DNA from: an uncultured Acidobacteriota bacterium
GTDB taxonomy: Bacteria > Acidobacteriota > Polarisedimenticolia > J045
NCBI GenBank assembly: GCA_963702425.1
Contig: CAVPCQ010000018.1
Span: forward strand, 64,001-128,000
Length of the DNA stretch: 64,000 bases
Direction of reading: 5' to 3'
The notes beneath the pieces were generated by a model, which saw only the letters and a list, made by a program, of their open reading frames with translations, did not search any database and was not told where the DNA came from. Each line of letters opens with the position of its first letter. Within the stretch, counting starts at the first letter, position 1. Both the position numbers and the translations under genes were made by a program. Below, in pieces: positions 41,896-50,874 of the stretch.

Positions 41896-42033
41896 CCCGT
41901 AGCCGCCCATCCGGCGCTTCATCCGCGGCGCGAGGTCGCGCCCGGAGAGCGGGATCCCGGCCGGCAGCCCGTCGAGGATCCCGACCAGCACCGGGCCTTG
42001 CGACTCCCCGGCCGTGAGGTACCGTCGCGCCAT
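41887..42033 (-). pseudogene. aroC: Chorismate synthase N-terminal fragment (~49 codons)
   Basis: GGAGG RBS. RYLTAGESQGP.LVGILDGLPAGIP...RRMGGYGRG; similarity then stops. Confidence 0.8.
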
Positions 42034-42212
42034 CCGTCCTCCGTCCCGGGAGAAGACCGCAGGAGGCCGGACGGCGAGCCGGACGGCACGAGGACGGCTC
42101 GGTCCCCGGCGTGGACGGGCCCCGGCCGTCGATGGTCGGGGGCGAACGCGCGATCCCGCTCCGCGTTGACGCTCGCTGCGCTGGAGAGTACTGTCGCGGC
42201 ACGGAGCCGGTC

Positions 42213-42527
42213 ATGAGCGTCCTCAACATCACGCCGCGTGAGCGGATGACCGACGTCATGGGTCGGCCGTACTTCCTCTGGGATTGCGATCTCACGCTCG
42301 ACGGCTTCGAATCGCTGCTCCGCGACCCCGATCCCGAGGTCCGCGCCTACAACCTCGGCCGGCTGATGCGGCAGGCGCGGCCGGACGACGTCTTTGCGTT
42401 CGTGACGTTGCGCGAGATCCGAACGGCATGGCCGCTCCTCCAGCGATACCTCGGACGAACGCGAGCCTTCTGGACCTGGATACTCGCCCGATGGGAGAAA
42501 GTGGACGGTGTCGGTCGGGAGGCTTAG
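42213..42527 (+). CDS. Small protein, probable antitoxin partner of the downstream nucleotidyltransferase
   Basis: GGAG RBS, 104 aa (RPYFLWD...RLMRQAR..DV..F), overlaps the NTase start. Confidence 0.6.
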   Translation: MSVLNITPRERMTDVMGRPYFLWDCDLTLDGFESLLRDPDPEVRAYNLGRLMRQARPDDVFAFVTLREIRTAWPLLQRYLGRTRAFWTWILARWEKVDGVGREA

Positions 42528-42835
42528 CTCGCTGCAGGTCGACGTCTTGGCGGCACTCGCCCCGATCGTCCCGCCCTGGACCCTGACGGGCGGGGCTGCG
42601 CTCGCGGCCTTCTACACGCGCCACAGGACGACTCGCGACCTCGACTTGTTCTGGCACGGTCGTGACCGGCTCGAGGAGCTTCCCGCGCTCGTCACAGATC
42701 GCCTCCAAGCCGCAGGATTCGCAGTCATGACGGTGCAGACCGCCCCCGCATTCGTGCGCATCTCGGTCGCCCGCGGCGACGAGATGGTACTCGTCGACTT
42801 GGTCGCAGAACCCGTGGCCGTCGTCGAGCCGCCGG
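42508..42835 (+). pseudogene. AbiEii/AbiGii-type nucleotidyltransferase toxin, truncated
   Basis: LTGGAALAAFY..HRTTRDLDLF motif. The C-terminal half is replaced by IS-derived sequence. Confidence 0.7.
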
Positions 42836-43241
42836 TGTCTCTCGCCATCACCCCGACCGCCCTACCCTTCAACGAGTTGCGTTCCTATGCAGGATACCCG
42901 ACTCGCCGGCGGAAGAGTCCCCGGCCCCGCCTTCTCCTCATCGACCGCCTTGTCTGGCCGGGCCTGCGCCGCGGGTGGCCCCGCTGGGAAGAGGCGCGTC
43001 CAGTGGATCCAGCGGCGCGTCAGCGCTGGCGACTGCCCCTCAGCAACCACCGCGAGGTCATCGCTCTTCCTCGCCTTGGCGGGCTTCACCACCGTTACGG
43101 CTGGCGTCGTGCAGCCTGACGCTCTCGCTCGACCGATCTGCCGCGGCCGCCGCATCGTCGCCGAACGCGGGTGCCTTCTGCCCCGGCATTCACCGAGGCA
43201 CCAGTCATGCCGACGCGTGGATGCGATTTCGGCGAAGCACA
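42836..43241 (+). mobile_element. Internally deleted IS remnant (integrase-core type), MITE-like, 406 bp
   Basis: TGT...ACA ends with imperfect IRs. Encodes RPRL...DRLVW..L.R.WP.W and EVIALPRLGGLHHRY..RAA, which resemble the two ends of an rve-type transposase. Confidence 0.6.
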
Positions 43242-43334
43242 GGTCCTTGAGTGGCGTGTTTCGAGAAGGTCGAAGGATCACCGGACCAGTGACGGGGGGC
43301 ACGTCAGGGATCGGGACCTCGGCGCGCCTCCGGG

Positions 43335-44552
43335 TCAGATGACCCGCCACCAGGGCGCGGCCAGCACATCGGGGGCCAGCCACTCGAGCGTCGTCCCGGT
43401 GTGCAGCAGCAGACCGAATCGGGACCGCTTGCCGTACTCGGCGCGGAAGGCGCGCAGGCGTGCCGCGTCGGCGAGGCGGGGCCGCGTCCCGGGCTTCACC
43501 TCGATCGGGAGGAGGGACGTGCCGGATTCGATCACGAAGTCCACTTCGTCGCCGACCGCCGTGCGCCAGTAGCTGATCTCGGGGCGGTCGAGCCGCGCGT
43601 CGCGCCAGGCCAGGAGGTCGTGCAGGACCACGTTCTCGAGGTGCGCCCCGGCCGGCGCGCTCACGCCCGCCAGGTGGAGTGCGATTCCGGTGTCGCCCCA
43701 GTACAGCTTCGGCGTCTTGATGAGCCGCTTGGTGCGGTTGACGGCAAACGCCGGCAGACGCACCAGGAGGTGCGACGTTTCGAGCAGGTTGAGCCAGCGG
43801 TGGACGGTAGGCTGGGGGAGCCCGACGTCGCGACCCAACTCGGTCTGGTTGAGAAGCTGGCCGAGGCGAAGACACGCGGCGTGCATGAGGCGGCGGAAGT
43901 CGGGGAGCGCAACGATCGAGGCCAGGTCCTGGAGGTCGCGCTCCAGGTAGGTGCGCACGTAGCCGTCGAACCAGATCGCCCGTTCCGCACCGGTCGTCAT
44001 GGAGATCGCCGGCGTCGGGAAGCCGCCTCGCCGTGCCAGGGCCCGCCAATCCTCCGGCTCGTCCTGCTGCGCCGCCAGCAGGTCGAGCCACTCCTCGTCG
44101 TGGGTCTCGAACAGTTCCTCCCAGAGCCCGGCGCGGCCTTGGCCGCGCTGTTCGCGGCGGGTCATCGGCCACAGCGTGAGATAGCTGGCCCGGCCGGCCA
44201 GCGACTCCGACACCTGGCGCATCAGCAGCAGGTTCGCCGAGCCCGTCAGCAGGAACCGGCCGGGGGTCCGCTGCCGGTCGATCGCCCGCTTCACCGCGCG
44301 CAGAAGCCCGGGCTCGCGCTGGACCTCGTCGAGCGTCACCGGCTCGCGCCCGCCGACCAGAATCTCCGGATCACGGCGGGCCGCATCCAGCACGTCGAGG
44401 TCGTCGAGCGATCGGTACCGGCGTTGCCCGGCCACGAGGTGCTCCGCCAGCGTGCTCTTGCCGGTTTGCCGGGCGCCGGTCAATACGACCGCCGGCATCG
44501 CCGCGAGGCGCTCGCGAAGCGCCGGGCCGACCACGCGGGGAAGGGGCTCCAT
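43335..44552 (-). CDS. AAA_14 ATPase with DUF4143 domain
   Basis: GARQTGKST, LDEVQR, LTGSA, SESLAGR, GGFP, KTPKLY..DTG, EVDF, PIEVK. Confidence 0.9.
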   Translation of the reverse strand: MEPLPRVVGPALRERLAAMPAVVLTGARQTGKSTLAEHLVAGQRRYRSLDDLDVLDAARRDPEILVGGREPVTLDEVQREPGLLRAVKRAIDRQRTPGRFLLTGSANLLLMRQVSESLAGRASYLTLWPMTRREQRGQGRAGLWEELFETHDEEWLDLLAAQQDEPEDWRALARRGGFPTPAISMTTGAERAIWFDGYVRTYLERDLQDLASIVALPDFRRLMHAACLRLGQLLNQTELGRDVGLPQPTVHRWLNLLETSHLLVRLPAFAVNRTKRLIKTPKLYWGDTGIALHLAGVSAPAGAHLENVVLHDLLAWRDARLDRPEISYWRTAVGDEVDFVIESGTSLLPIEVKPGTRPRLADAARLRAFRAEYGKRSRFGLLLHTGTTLEWLAPDVLAAPWWRVI

Positions 44553-44554
44553 GC

Positions 44555-44584
44555 CGTGAATGATAATCATTCACGACGTGAATG
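44555..44584. promoter_or_regulatory. Palindromic operator upstream of the AAA-DUF4143 gene
   Basis: CGTGAATGAT-A-ATCATTCACG plus a third half-site CGTGAATG. Confidence 0.65.
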
Positions 44585-44675
44585 GCCAGTCCGGTCGCGG
44601 CCTGTCGGTTCTCGAGAAGTCGTCGCCCTCAAACCGCCTGAAGGACAGCCGGGAGGGCGGAGGTGTCGATCACCC

Positions 44676-44867
44676 TCAGCTGGGCGGCCCGCTCTCGTCG
44701 TATCCAAGGATCTCGTTGGCCGTACGGCGGTCCTGCACCGGCAGGCGGGCGCAGCGCTGAGCGATCTCGTCCAGTTCGTCGGCCAGCGTCCGCTCCGCGC
44801 CGTCCCGGAGCAGCCTCGTCAACCGAGCCAGCAGCGCCCGGCGCACCGCCTCGATCTCGGGCTCCAT
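44676..44867 (-). pseudogene. VapB-like (Rv0623/PSK family) antitoxin, 5'-truncated, no adjacent toxin
   Basis: EAVRRAL..RL...LADELDEIA.RCARLPV.DRRTANEILGYDESG. The usual N-terminal DNA-binding segment is missing. Confidence 0.6.
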
Positions 44868-44905
44868 GCTCAGCCGCCCCCCCTCCCGCTCCCCTTTGCC
44901 GCTAG

Positions 44906-44956
44906 AAAAAAAGGAGGCCAGCGGGATCCGCTGGCCGAGACCTACGAAGCTGATGC
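44906..44956 (-). ncRNA. Candidate sigma-54-dependent small RNA (~51 nt)
   Basis: Begins 12 nt after a consensus -24/-12 promoter. About 20 nt of 5' sequence, a 9-bp stem GGCCAGCGG/CCGCUGGCC, then UCC-U7. No ORF. Confidence 0.6.
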
Positions 44957-44966
44957 CTCTCCTAAG

Positions 44967-44982
44967 AGCAACACGCGTGCCA
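44967..44982 (-). promoter_or_regulatory. Sigma-54 -24/-12 promoter
   Basis: TGGCACGCGTGTTGCT, a consensus match. Confidence 0.85.
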
Positions 44983-45010
44983 ACCGATTGTCCATCTCTT
45001 CGTTCATTGT

Positions 45011-45023
45011 TATCAACGATTTA
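45011..45023 (+). promoter_or_regulatory. IHF binding site
   Basis: TATCAACGATTTA. Its context is 15/17 identical to the site at 9795-9811. Confidence 0.65.
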
Positions 45024-45057
45024 GCCGGACGATGGAAAGACGGCCGCAATCCCCGCT

Positions 45058-45103
45058 TCTCATCCTGAGAGCCGGCCGGCGGTCCCGTTCTCTCATTCCG
45101 AGA
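45058..45103. promoter_or_regulatory. Tandem enhancer (UAS) palindromes
   Basis: TCTCA-tcc-TGAGA (45058-45070) and TCTCA-ttc-CGAGA (45091-45103), 33 bp apart. Confidence 0.65.
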
Positions 45104-45127
45104 ACTGAACCCCGCGCCGGACCGGCG

Positions 45128-45703
45128 TCAGACCGCCGCCGCGGCCGGGTAGATCGGGAGCCGGTCGACCAGTTCGCCGAGCCCCGGAGCCTCCCGGTCC
45201 TTGTCGGACAGGACCGGCTCGCGGTCCGCCGGCAGCGGCCAGGCGATCCCGATCGCCGGGTCGTTCCAGGCGATCGCGACCTCGTCCTCGCGGGCGTAGA
45301 AGGCGGTCGCCTTGTAGAGCACCTGGGCCGGGCCGTCGGTCACGAGGAACCCGTGCGCGAAGCCCGGCGGCACCCACATCTGCCGGAAGTTGGCGGCGGA
45401 CAGGAGCGTGCCCGCCCAGCGCCCGAAGGTCGGCGAGCCGCGCCGGATGTCGACTGCGACGTCGAAGATCTCCCCCTCGACCACGCGCACCAGCTTCCCC
45501 TGCGGCTGCCGGAGCTGCGCGTGCAGGCCGCGCAGCGTCCACGGCCCGGAGCGCGAGTGGTTGTCCTGCACGAACGGCAGGTCGATCCCCTCCGCGGCGA
45601 AGCGATCGCGCTGCCAGGACTCGACGAAGAAACCGCGCGCGTCGGAGAGGACCGTCGGCTCGACCAGCAGCACTCCGGGCAGTTCGGTCGGCAGGACCCG
45701 CAT
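45128..45703 (-). CDS. rfbC: dTDP-4-dehydrorhamnose 3,5-epimerase
   Basis: DARGFFVE, FVQDNHSRS, LRGLH, PGFAHGF. Confidence 0.95.
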   Translation of the reverse strand: MRVLPTELPGVLLVEPTVLSDARGFFVESWQRDRFAAEGIDLPFVQDNHSRSGPWTLRGLHAQLRQPQGKLVRVVEGEIFDVAVDIRRGSPTFGRWAGTLLSAANFRQMWVPPGFAHGFLVTDGPAQVLYKATAFYAREDEVAIAWNDPAIGIAWPLPADREPVLSDKDREAPGLGELVDRLPIYPAAAAV

Positions 45704-45707
45704 CGAC

Positions 45708-46583
45708 TCAGCTCTCCGACTCGTCGAGCACGCGGAAGAGGTACTGCGCATAGGCCGACGAGCCGAGGCGCTCCGCCGCGCGCCGCAGCCCACCCTTGTC
45801 GATGAACCCCATGTGGAACGCGATCTCCTCCGGGCAGGCGACCTTCATCCCCTGCCGCTCCTCGATCGCCTGGATGAACGACGAGGCCTGCATCAGCGCC
45901 TGCGGCGTGCCGGTGTCGAGCCACGCGGTGCCGCGCCCGATGATCTCGACGTGCAGCTCGCCCCAGGTCATGAAGGCCCGGTTGACGTCGGTGATCTCCA
46001 GCTCGCCGCGCGGCGAGGGCTTCAGCGTGGCCGCGACGTCGAGCACGCGGTTGTCGTAGAAGTAGAGCCCGGGAACCGCGAAGTGCGAGCGCGGCGCCTT
46101 CGGCTTCTCCTCGATCGAGATCGCGCGGCCGGCGGCGTCGAACTCGACGACCCCGTAGCGCTCCGGGTCGGTCACGCGGTAGGCGAAGACGGTCGCCCCG
46201 CGTTCGCGCGCCGCCGCCGAGCGCAGCGACTCCGGCAGGCCGTGGCCGTAGAACAGGTTGTCGCCCAGCGCCAAAGCCACGCGCCCGCGGCCGACGAACT
46301 CGCGCCCGATCACGAACGCCTGCGCCAGCCCTTCCGGCCGCGGCTGCGCGGCGTACGACAGCGCCAGGCCGAACTGGCTGCCGTCGCCCAGCAGGCGCCG
46401 GAACGCGGCCTCGTCCTCGGGCGTCGTGATCACCAGGATCTCGCGAATCCCGGCCAGCATCAGCGTCGTCAGCGGGTAGTAGATCATCGGCTTGTCGAAG
46501 ATCGGCACCAGTTGCTTGGAAACGCCCAGCGTCAGCGGCCAGAGTCGCGAGCCGGAACCCCCGGCGAGAATGATCCCCTTCAC
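45708..46583 (-). CDS. rfbA: Glucose-1-phosphate thymidylyltransferase
   Basis: [47 protein letters not shown]. Confidence 0.96.
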   Translation of the reverse strand: MKGIILAGGSGSRLWPLTLGVSKQLVPIFDKPMIYYPLTTLMLAGIREILVITTPEDEAAFRRLLGDGSQFGLALSYAAQPRPEGLAQAFVIGREFVGRGRVALALGDNLFYGHGLPESLRSAAARERGATVFAYRVTDPERYGVVEFDAAGRAISIEEKPKAPRSHFAVPGLYFYDNRVLDVAATLKPSPRGELEITDVNRAFMTWGELHVEIIGRGTAWLDTGTPQALMQASSFIQAIEERQGMKVACPEEIAFHMGFIDKGGLRRAAERLGSSAYAQYLFRVLDESES

Positions 46584-47682
46584 GCGCGCTCCCCCTCGTG
46601 CGCCGCGAGACCCAGCCGCTCGCGGCGGTACTTCCCGGCCTGGACCCCCTCGCACCACGCGCGGCTCGCGACGTACCAGCGGACCGTCTCCGCCAGTCCC
46701 TCCTCGAACGCGTGCCGCGGCCGCCAGCCCAGCTCGCCCTTGATCTTCGAGGCGTCGATCGCGTAGCGCCGGTCGTGGCCCGGGCGATCGGGGACGAAGG
46801 TCTCGAGCTCGCGGTAGGAGCGCTTGCCGCGCCCGGCCAGCGCCATGTTGGACGCGGCCGGGACCTCCTCGTCGAGCACCTCGCAGATCCGATCGACGAC
46901 CTGCAGGTTGGTGCGCTCGCTGTCGCCGCCGACGTTGTAGGTCTGGCCGGGGCGCCCGCGCTCGAGCACGTCGAGGATCGCCTCGCAGTGGTCGCCGACG
47001 TAGAGCCAGTCGCGGACGTTCCCGCCGTCGCCGTAGATCGGCAGGTCCTTCCCCTCCAGCGCGTTCAGGATCACCAGCGGGATCAGCTTCTCGGGGAACT
47101 GGCGCGGGCCGTAGTTGTTGCTGCAGTTCGTGATCAGGATCGGCAGGCCGTAGGTCCGGGCGTAGGCCTGCGCGAGGTGGTCGGCGCCGGCCTTGGTCGC
47201 CGAGTAGGGCGAGCTGGGGTCGTAGGCGGTCGTCTCGAGGAACAGCCCGGTCTCGCCGAGCGAGCCGTAGACCTCGTCGGTCGAGACCTGCAGGAAGCGG
47301 AAGCGCGCCCGCGCGGCGGGGTCGAGGTCGCTCAGCAAGCGCCGCGAGGCCTCGAGCAGCTCGAAGGTCCCGACCAGGTTCGTGAACACGACCGGCGACG
47401 GGTCGTCGATCGAGCGGTCGACGTGGGTCTCCGCGGCGAAGTGGACCAGCCAGGTCGGGCGGTGCTCGTGGAGCACCCGCCGCACCAGCGCGCGGTCGGC
47501 GATGTCGCCCTTCACGAACGAGAACCGCGGGTCCTTCGGCGACCTCCTCGAGGTTGAGCAGGCTTCCCGGCGTACGTCAGCTTGTCGAGCACGACGACGC
47601 GCGAGGCGGTGCGGGCCAGCGCCGCGCGCACGAAGTTGGAGCCGATGAAACCGGCCCCGCCGGTGACGACGATCGTGTCCAT
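46580..47682 (-). CDS. rfbB: dTDP-glucose 4,6-dehydratase with two apparent +1 insertions (near 47565 and 47537)
   Basis: [51 protein letters not shown]. Removing 2 nt gives a continuous 367-codon frame. Confidence 0.93.
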
Positions 47683-47798
47683 GCGCTCCTCGGCTCGCTC
47701 CGTCCCGCACAAGTTATCCCGCCGGCCGGCGGGCGTCTACAACCGGATGCCGACCCGGAGCCGAGGCGCTCGCGCCATGCGGGTCGGCCTTCTTCGAG

Positions 47799-49427
47799 CT
47801 ACGCCCGCGGTAGCGGGAGCACGATCCGGACCTCGGCGCCCCCCTCGGGCCGGTTCTCGGCGACGGCGCTCCCCCCGTGCGCTTCGGCGATGCGCGCCAC
47901 GATGTAGAGCCCGAGCCCGGTGCCCGAGCGCAGCGAGTGGTCCTTGACCTGCGGCCGCTCGCGGGAGAAGGCCTCCTTCGGATCGAAGCCGACGAAACCG
48001 CGGCCGGTGTCGCGCGTGCCGAGCGCCAGGGCGCCCTCCTCGCGCCGCGCGAAGAGCACGACCGAGCCGCCGTCCGGGGTGGCGGCGACGGCGTTGCTGG
48101 CGAGGTTCACCAGCGCGCGCTCGAGGAAGACCGCGTCGCCCGAGATCGGCGGGAGGGCCGGTTCGATCTCCGTCGACAGCGTCACGTTGCGGCGCGCTGC
48201 GAGCGGGCCGACGCGCTCCGCGGAGTCCTCGACGAGCCCGGGGACGAGCAGCGTCGCCAGATGGGGCCGGATCGGCCCCTCTTCGGCCTGTGCCGCGGTC
48301 AGGACGTTGGCGAGGTAGAGGTTCAGCCGCTCGCAGGTGTCGACGATCTGGTCGAGCGCTCCCCGCACCTCGGGAGCCGGCGCCTCCTCGAGCAACCCTT
48401 CGCAGCGGAGTTGGATCCCGCTGACCGGGGCCTTGATGTCGTGCACCACCGCGGCCAGGTGCGCGACCCGGTCCGACAGCCCTTCCGAGCGCTGCACGGC
48501 GGCGTCGCGCTGCCGGGCCAGGCGCTGGCGCTGGTCCGCGTTCCGCAGGTAGGCGCCGATCGAGGCCAGGACCACGCCCAGCCCCGCGGCCGCGAGGGCC
48601 GCGTTGGCGAGGATGAAGCGCAACAGGCGCGCCTCGTCGGCTCGCCGCGGCATCCCCGCAGCCAGCCAGATGTCGCCGCCCAACCCATCCGGCTTCCGGT
48701 AGGCGATGTCGAAGCGGTCGCTGCCGAGCGCCTTGCGCGCGAGCCGGACCTCGCCGCGCTCGGGCGCCTGGGCCGGATCGGGCGGCGGCGGCGGCGGGCG
48801 CGGGAAACTGAAGTGGACCGGGTCGGTGCCGTCGAAGATCGCCAGCGGCGCCTCGAGCTCCGAGGTCGTCTGCTGGACGAACAGCCGCCCGATCAGGATC
48901 GCGACGCGCACGTTGCCGATCGCGCGCCCCCCGACCACGACCGGCTGGGACAGGATCACCGCCTGACTGCCGCCGAGGAGCTGGGCGCGCGTGGCCAGCT
49001 TCGCGTCTGCGGCCGGAGGGGTGCCGACCCCGAGCTGGAGGAGCGCGGCGGGGGTGGACCACGCGACCGGCTTCCCGTCGGCGTCGTCGATCACCACGAG
49101 CAGGCTGCCGAAGTCGTCGCGCAGCGCGTGCAGCGCAGCGATCGTCCGGTCCAGGCTCCGCTCGGCGAGCGCTTCCTGCACGGCGCGCGATTCGACGATC
49201 GCCCGGAGCAGCGAGCGCCCCGACTGCACCTGGCGCAGGGTCAGGATCTCGAACAATCGGACCGTTCGCGTCGCGCGGATCTCCTGACTGCCGTCGAGCT
49301 GTGCCCGGTTCGAGTACCACATCCAGGTCAGGCCCGCAGCGAGGACCAGGGCGACGATCGTGCCGATCACGGCCAGCGCCCGGCGCGCCTCACGGCGCGA
49401 GACCTGCAGCTCGTCGCGGTCCTTCAC
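47799..49427 (-). CDS. Membrane sensor histidine kinase
   Basis: Two TM helices around a periplasmic domain. HDIKAP H-box, NLASNA, DTGRG, GTGLGL. GTG start overlaps the regulator stop. Confidence 0.9.
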   Translation of the reverse strand: MKDRDELQVSRREARRALAVIGTIVALVLAAGLTWMWYSNRAQLDGSQEIRATRTVRLFEILTLRQVQSGRSLLRAIVESRAVQEALAERSLDRTIAALHALRDDFGSLLVVIDDADGKPVAWSTPAALLQLGVGTPPAADAKLATRAQLLGGSQAVILSQPVVVGGRAIGNVRVAILIGRLFVQQTTSELEAPLAIFDGTDPVHFSFPRPPPPPPDPAQAPERGEVRLARKALGSDRFDIAYRKPDGLGGDIWLAAGMPRRADEARLLRFILANAALAAAGLGVVLASIGAYLRNADQRQRLARQRDAAVQRSEGLSDRVAHLAAVVHDIKAPVSGIQLRCEGLLEEAPAPEVRGALDQIVDTCERLNLYLANVLTAAQAEEGPIRPHLATLLVPGLVEDSAERVGPLAARRNVTLSTEIEPALPPISGDAVFLERALVNLASNAVAATPDGGSVVLFARREEGALALGTRDTGRGFVGFDPKEAFSRERPQVKDHSLRSGTGLGLYIVARIAEAHGGSAVAENRPEGGAEVRIVLPLPRA

Positions 49428-50800
49428 GCGCCGTCCCCGTCGCCCGGCGCCGCGTCTTCGTCGGCGGCGAGCTTGCGGTAGAGCGTCGCCAGTCCGATGC
49501 CGAGCTGCCTTGCGGCTTCCTTCTTGTTGCCGCCCGTCGCGTCGAGGGCGTGCCGGATCAGAATCCTCTCCGCCTCCGCCAGCGTCACCGACTCGGGCAG
49601 CGCAAGCGCCGGGCCGGCGATGGCGTTTCCGCCCCGGACCGCCTCGGGAAGATCGTCCGGTCCGATCAGCGGCCCCTCCGCCAGCGCGGCCGCGCGCTCG
49701 ACGGCGTTCTCCAGCTCGCGCACGTTTCCGGGCCAGCGGTGCGCGCGCAGCGCCACCAGCGCTTCGGGCGAGAACCCCTCGACCTGCGTCCGGCCGCGCT
49801 CGGTCCGCTCGCGCTCGAGAAACCGGTGCGCGAGCAGCAGCACGTCGTCGCCGCGCAGCCGCAGCGGCGGGACGAGCAGCGGGATCACGTTCAAGCGGTA
49901 GAACAGGTCCTCGCGGAATCGCCCCTGCGCGACCTCGAGTTCGAGGTCGCGGTGCGTCGCGGCAATGACCCGCACATCGACGCGTCGCGTGCGGGTCTCG
50001 CCGATCCGCTGGACCTCGCCGGTCTGCAGGACGCGCAGGAGCTTCACCTGCATCTCCTGCGGGATCTCGCCGAGCTCGTCGAGGAAGATCGTGCCGCCGT
50101 CCGCCGCCTCGAACAGGCCCGGCTTCTCCTTGACCGCCCCGGTGAAGGCGCCGCGGGTGTGTCCGAAGAGCTCCGACTCGAGCAGCGTGGCCGGGATCGC
50201 GGCGCAATGGACCTTGACCAGCCGCCGCTCGGCGCGCGGCGACAGCTCGTGGATCGCGTCGGCGATCACTTCCTTTCCGGTCCCGGTCTCACCGGTCAGG
50301 AGGACCGTCGACCCGGTCGGCGCCACCTTCTCGACCATCCGCAGGACCTGTTCGAAGGCGGGGGAGGCGCCGATCACGCGCGTGAGCTGCCGGCGGCCGC
50401 GCAGCGCCTGGCGCAGGCGGCGGTTTTCGGCGGCCAACTGGTGCTGGGAGAGCGCCAGCGCCACGGCCTTGCGCAATGCGGCCGCACGCGGCGGCTTGAC
50501 CAGGACGTCGACCACGCCGTGCTTCATCAGGTTGACGGCGTCCTCGACCGTCGCCTGGCCCGAGACGACGAGGAACGTGGTGTCGGGCGAGTGCTCCCGG
50601 ACCGCGAGCACGAACTCCAGGCCGTTCATGCCCGGCATCGCGAAGTCGGTCACCACGACCGCCGGCGGATCCGCCGGCGCGGCCTCCAGCGCTTCGGCGG
50701 GGAGGGTGAAGGTGCGCAGGTCGTGCCCCTCGCGCGAGAGGGCGGCGGCGACCGCCTCGGCCATCACGGGATCGTCGTCGACGATGTAGACCAGCGCCAT
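49424..50800 (-). CDS. Sigma-54-dependent response regulator (NtrC/AtoC family)
   Basis: VDDD, TDFAMPGMNG, VKP, GETGTGKE, GAFTGA, WPGNVREL, HTH. Confidence 0.94.
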   Translation of the reverse strand: MALVYIVDDDPVMAEAVAAALSREGHDLRTFTLPAEALEAAPADPPAVVVTDFAMPGMNGLEFVLAVREHSPDTTFLVVSGQATVEDAVNLMKHGVVDVLVKPPRAAALRKAVALALSQHQLAAENRRLRQALRGRRQLTRVIGASPAFEQVLRMVEKVAPTGSTVLLTGETGTGKEVIADAIHELSPRAERRLVKVHCAAIPATLLESELFGHTRGAFTGAVKEKPGLFEAADGGTIFLDELGEIPQEMQVKLLRVLQTGEVQRIGETRTRRVDVRVIAATHRDLELEVAQGRFREDLFYRLNVIPLLVPPLRLRGDDVLLLAHRFLERERTERGRTQVEGFSPEALVALRAHRWPGNVRELENAVERAAALAEGPLIGPDDLPEAVRGGNAIAGPALALPESVTLAEAERILIRHALDATGGNKKEAARQLGIGLATLYRKLAADEDAAPGDGDGA

Positions 50801-50874
50801 CGGAGCGTCTTATACAGCGAAACAAGGCCGAGCCGCGAAGGCCCCGGGCGGGGTGGGCGGGCGGGTGGGCGGGA

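Noticed and set aside
42034-42130. Clustered GGACGG/CCGTCC motifs upstream of the aroC fragment
   Set aside because: They are short, GC-rich and irregularly spaced, so they cannot be told from chance by eye.
45128-47682. rfbBAC without rfbD as a novel sugar pathway
   Set aside because: rfbD is often encoded elsewhere, so absence from this window is uninformative.
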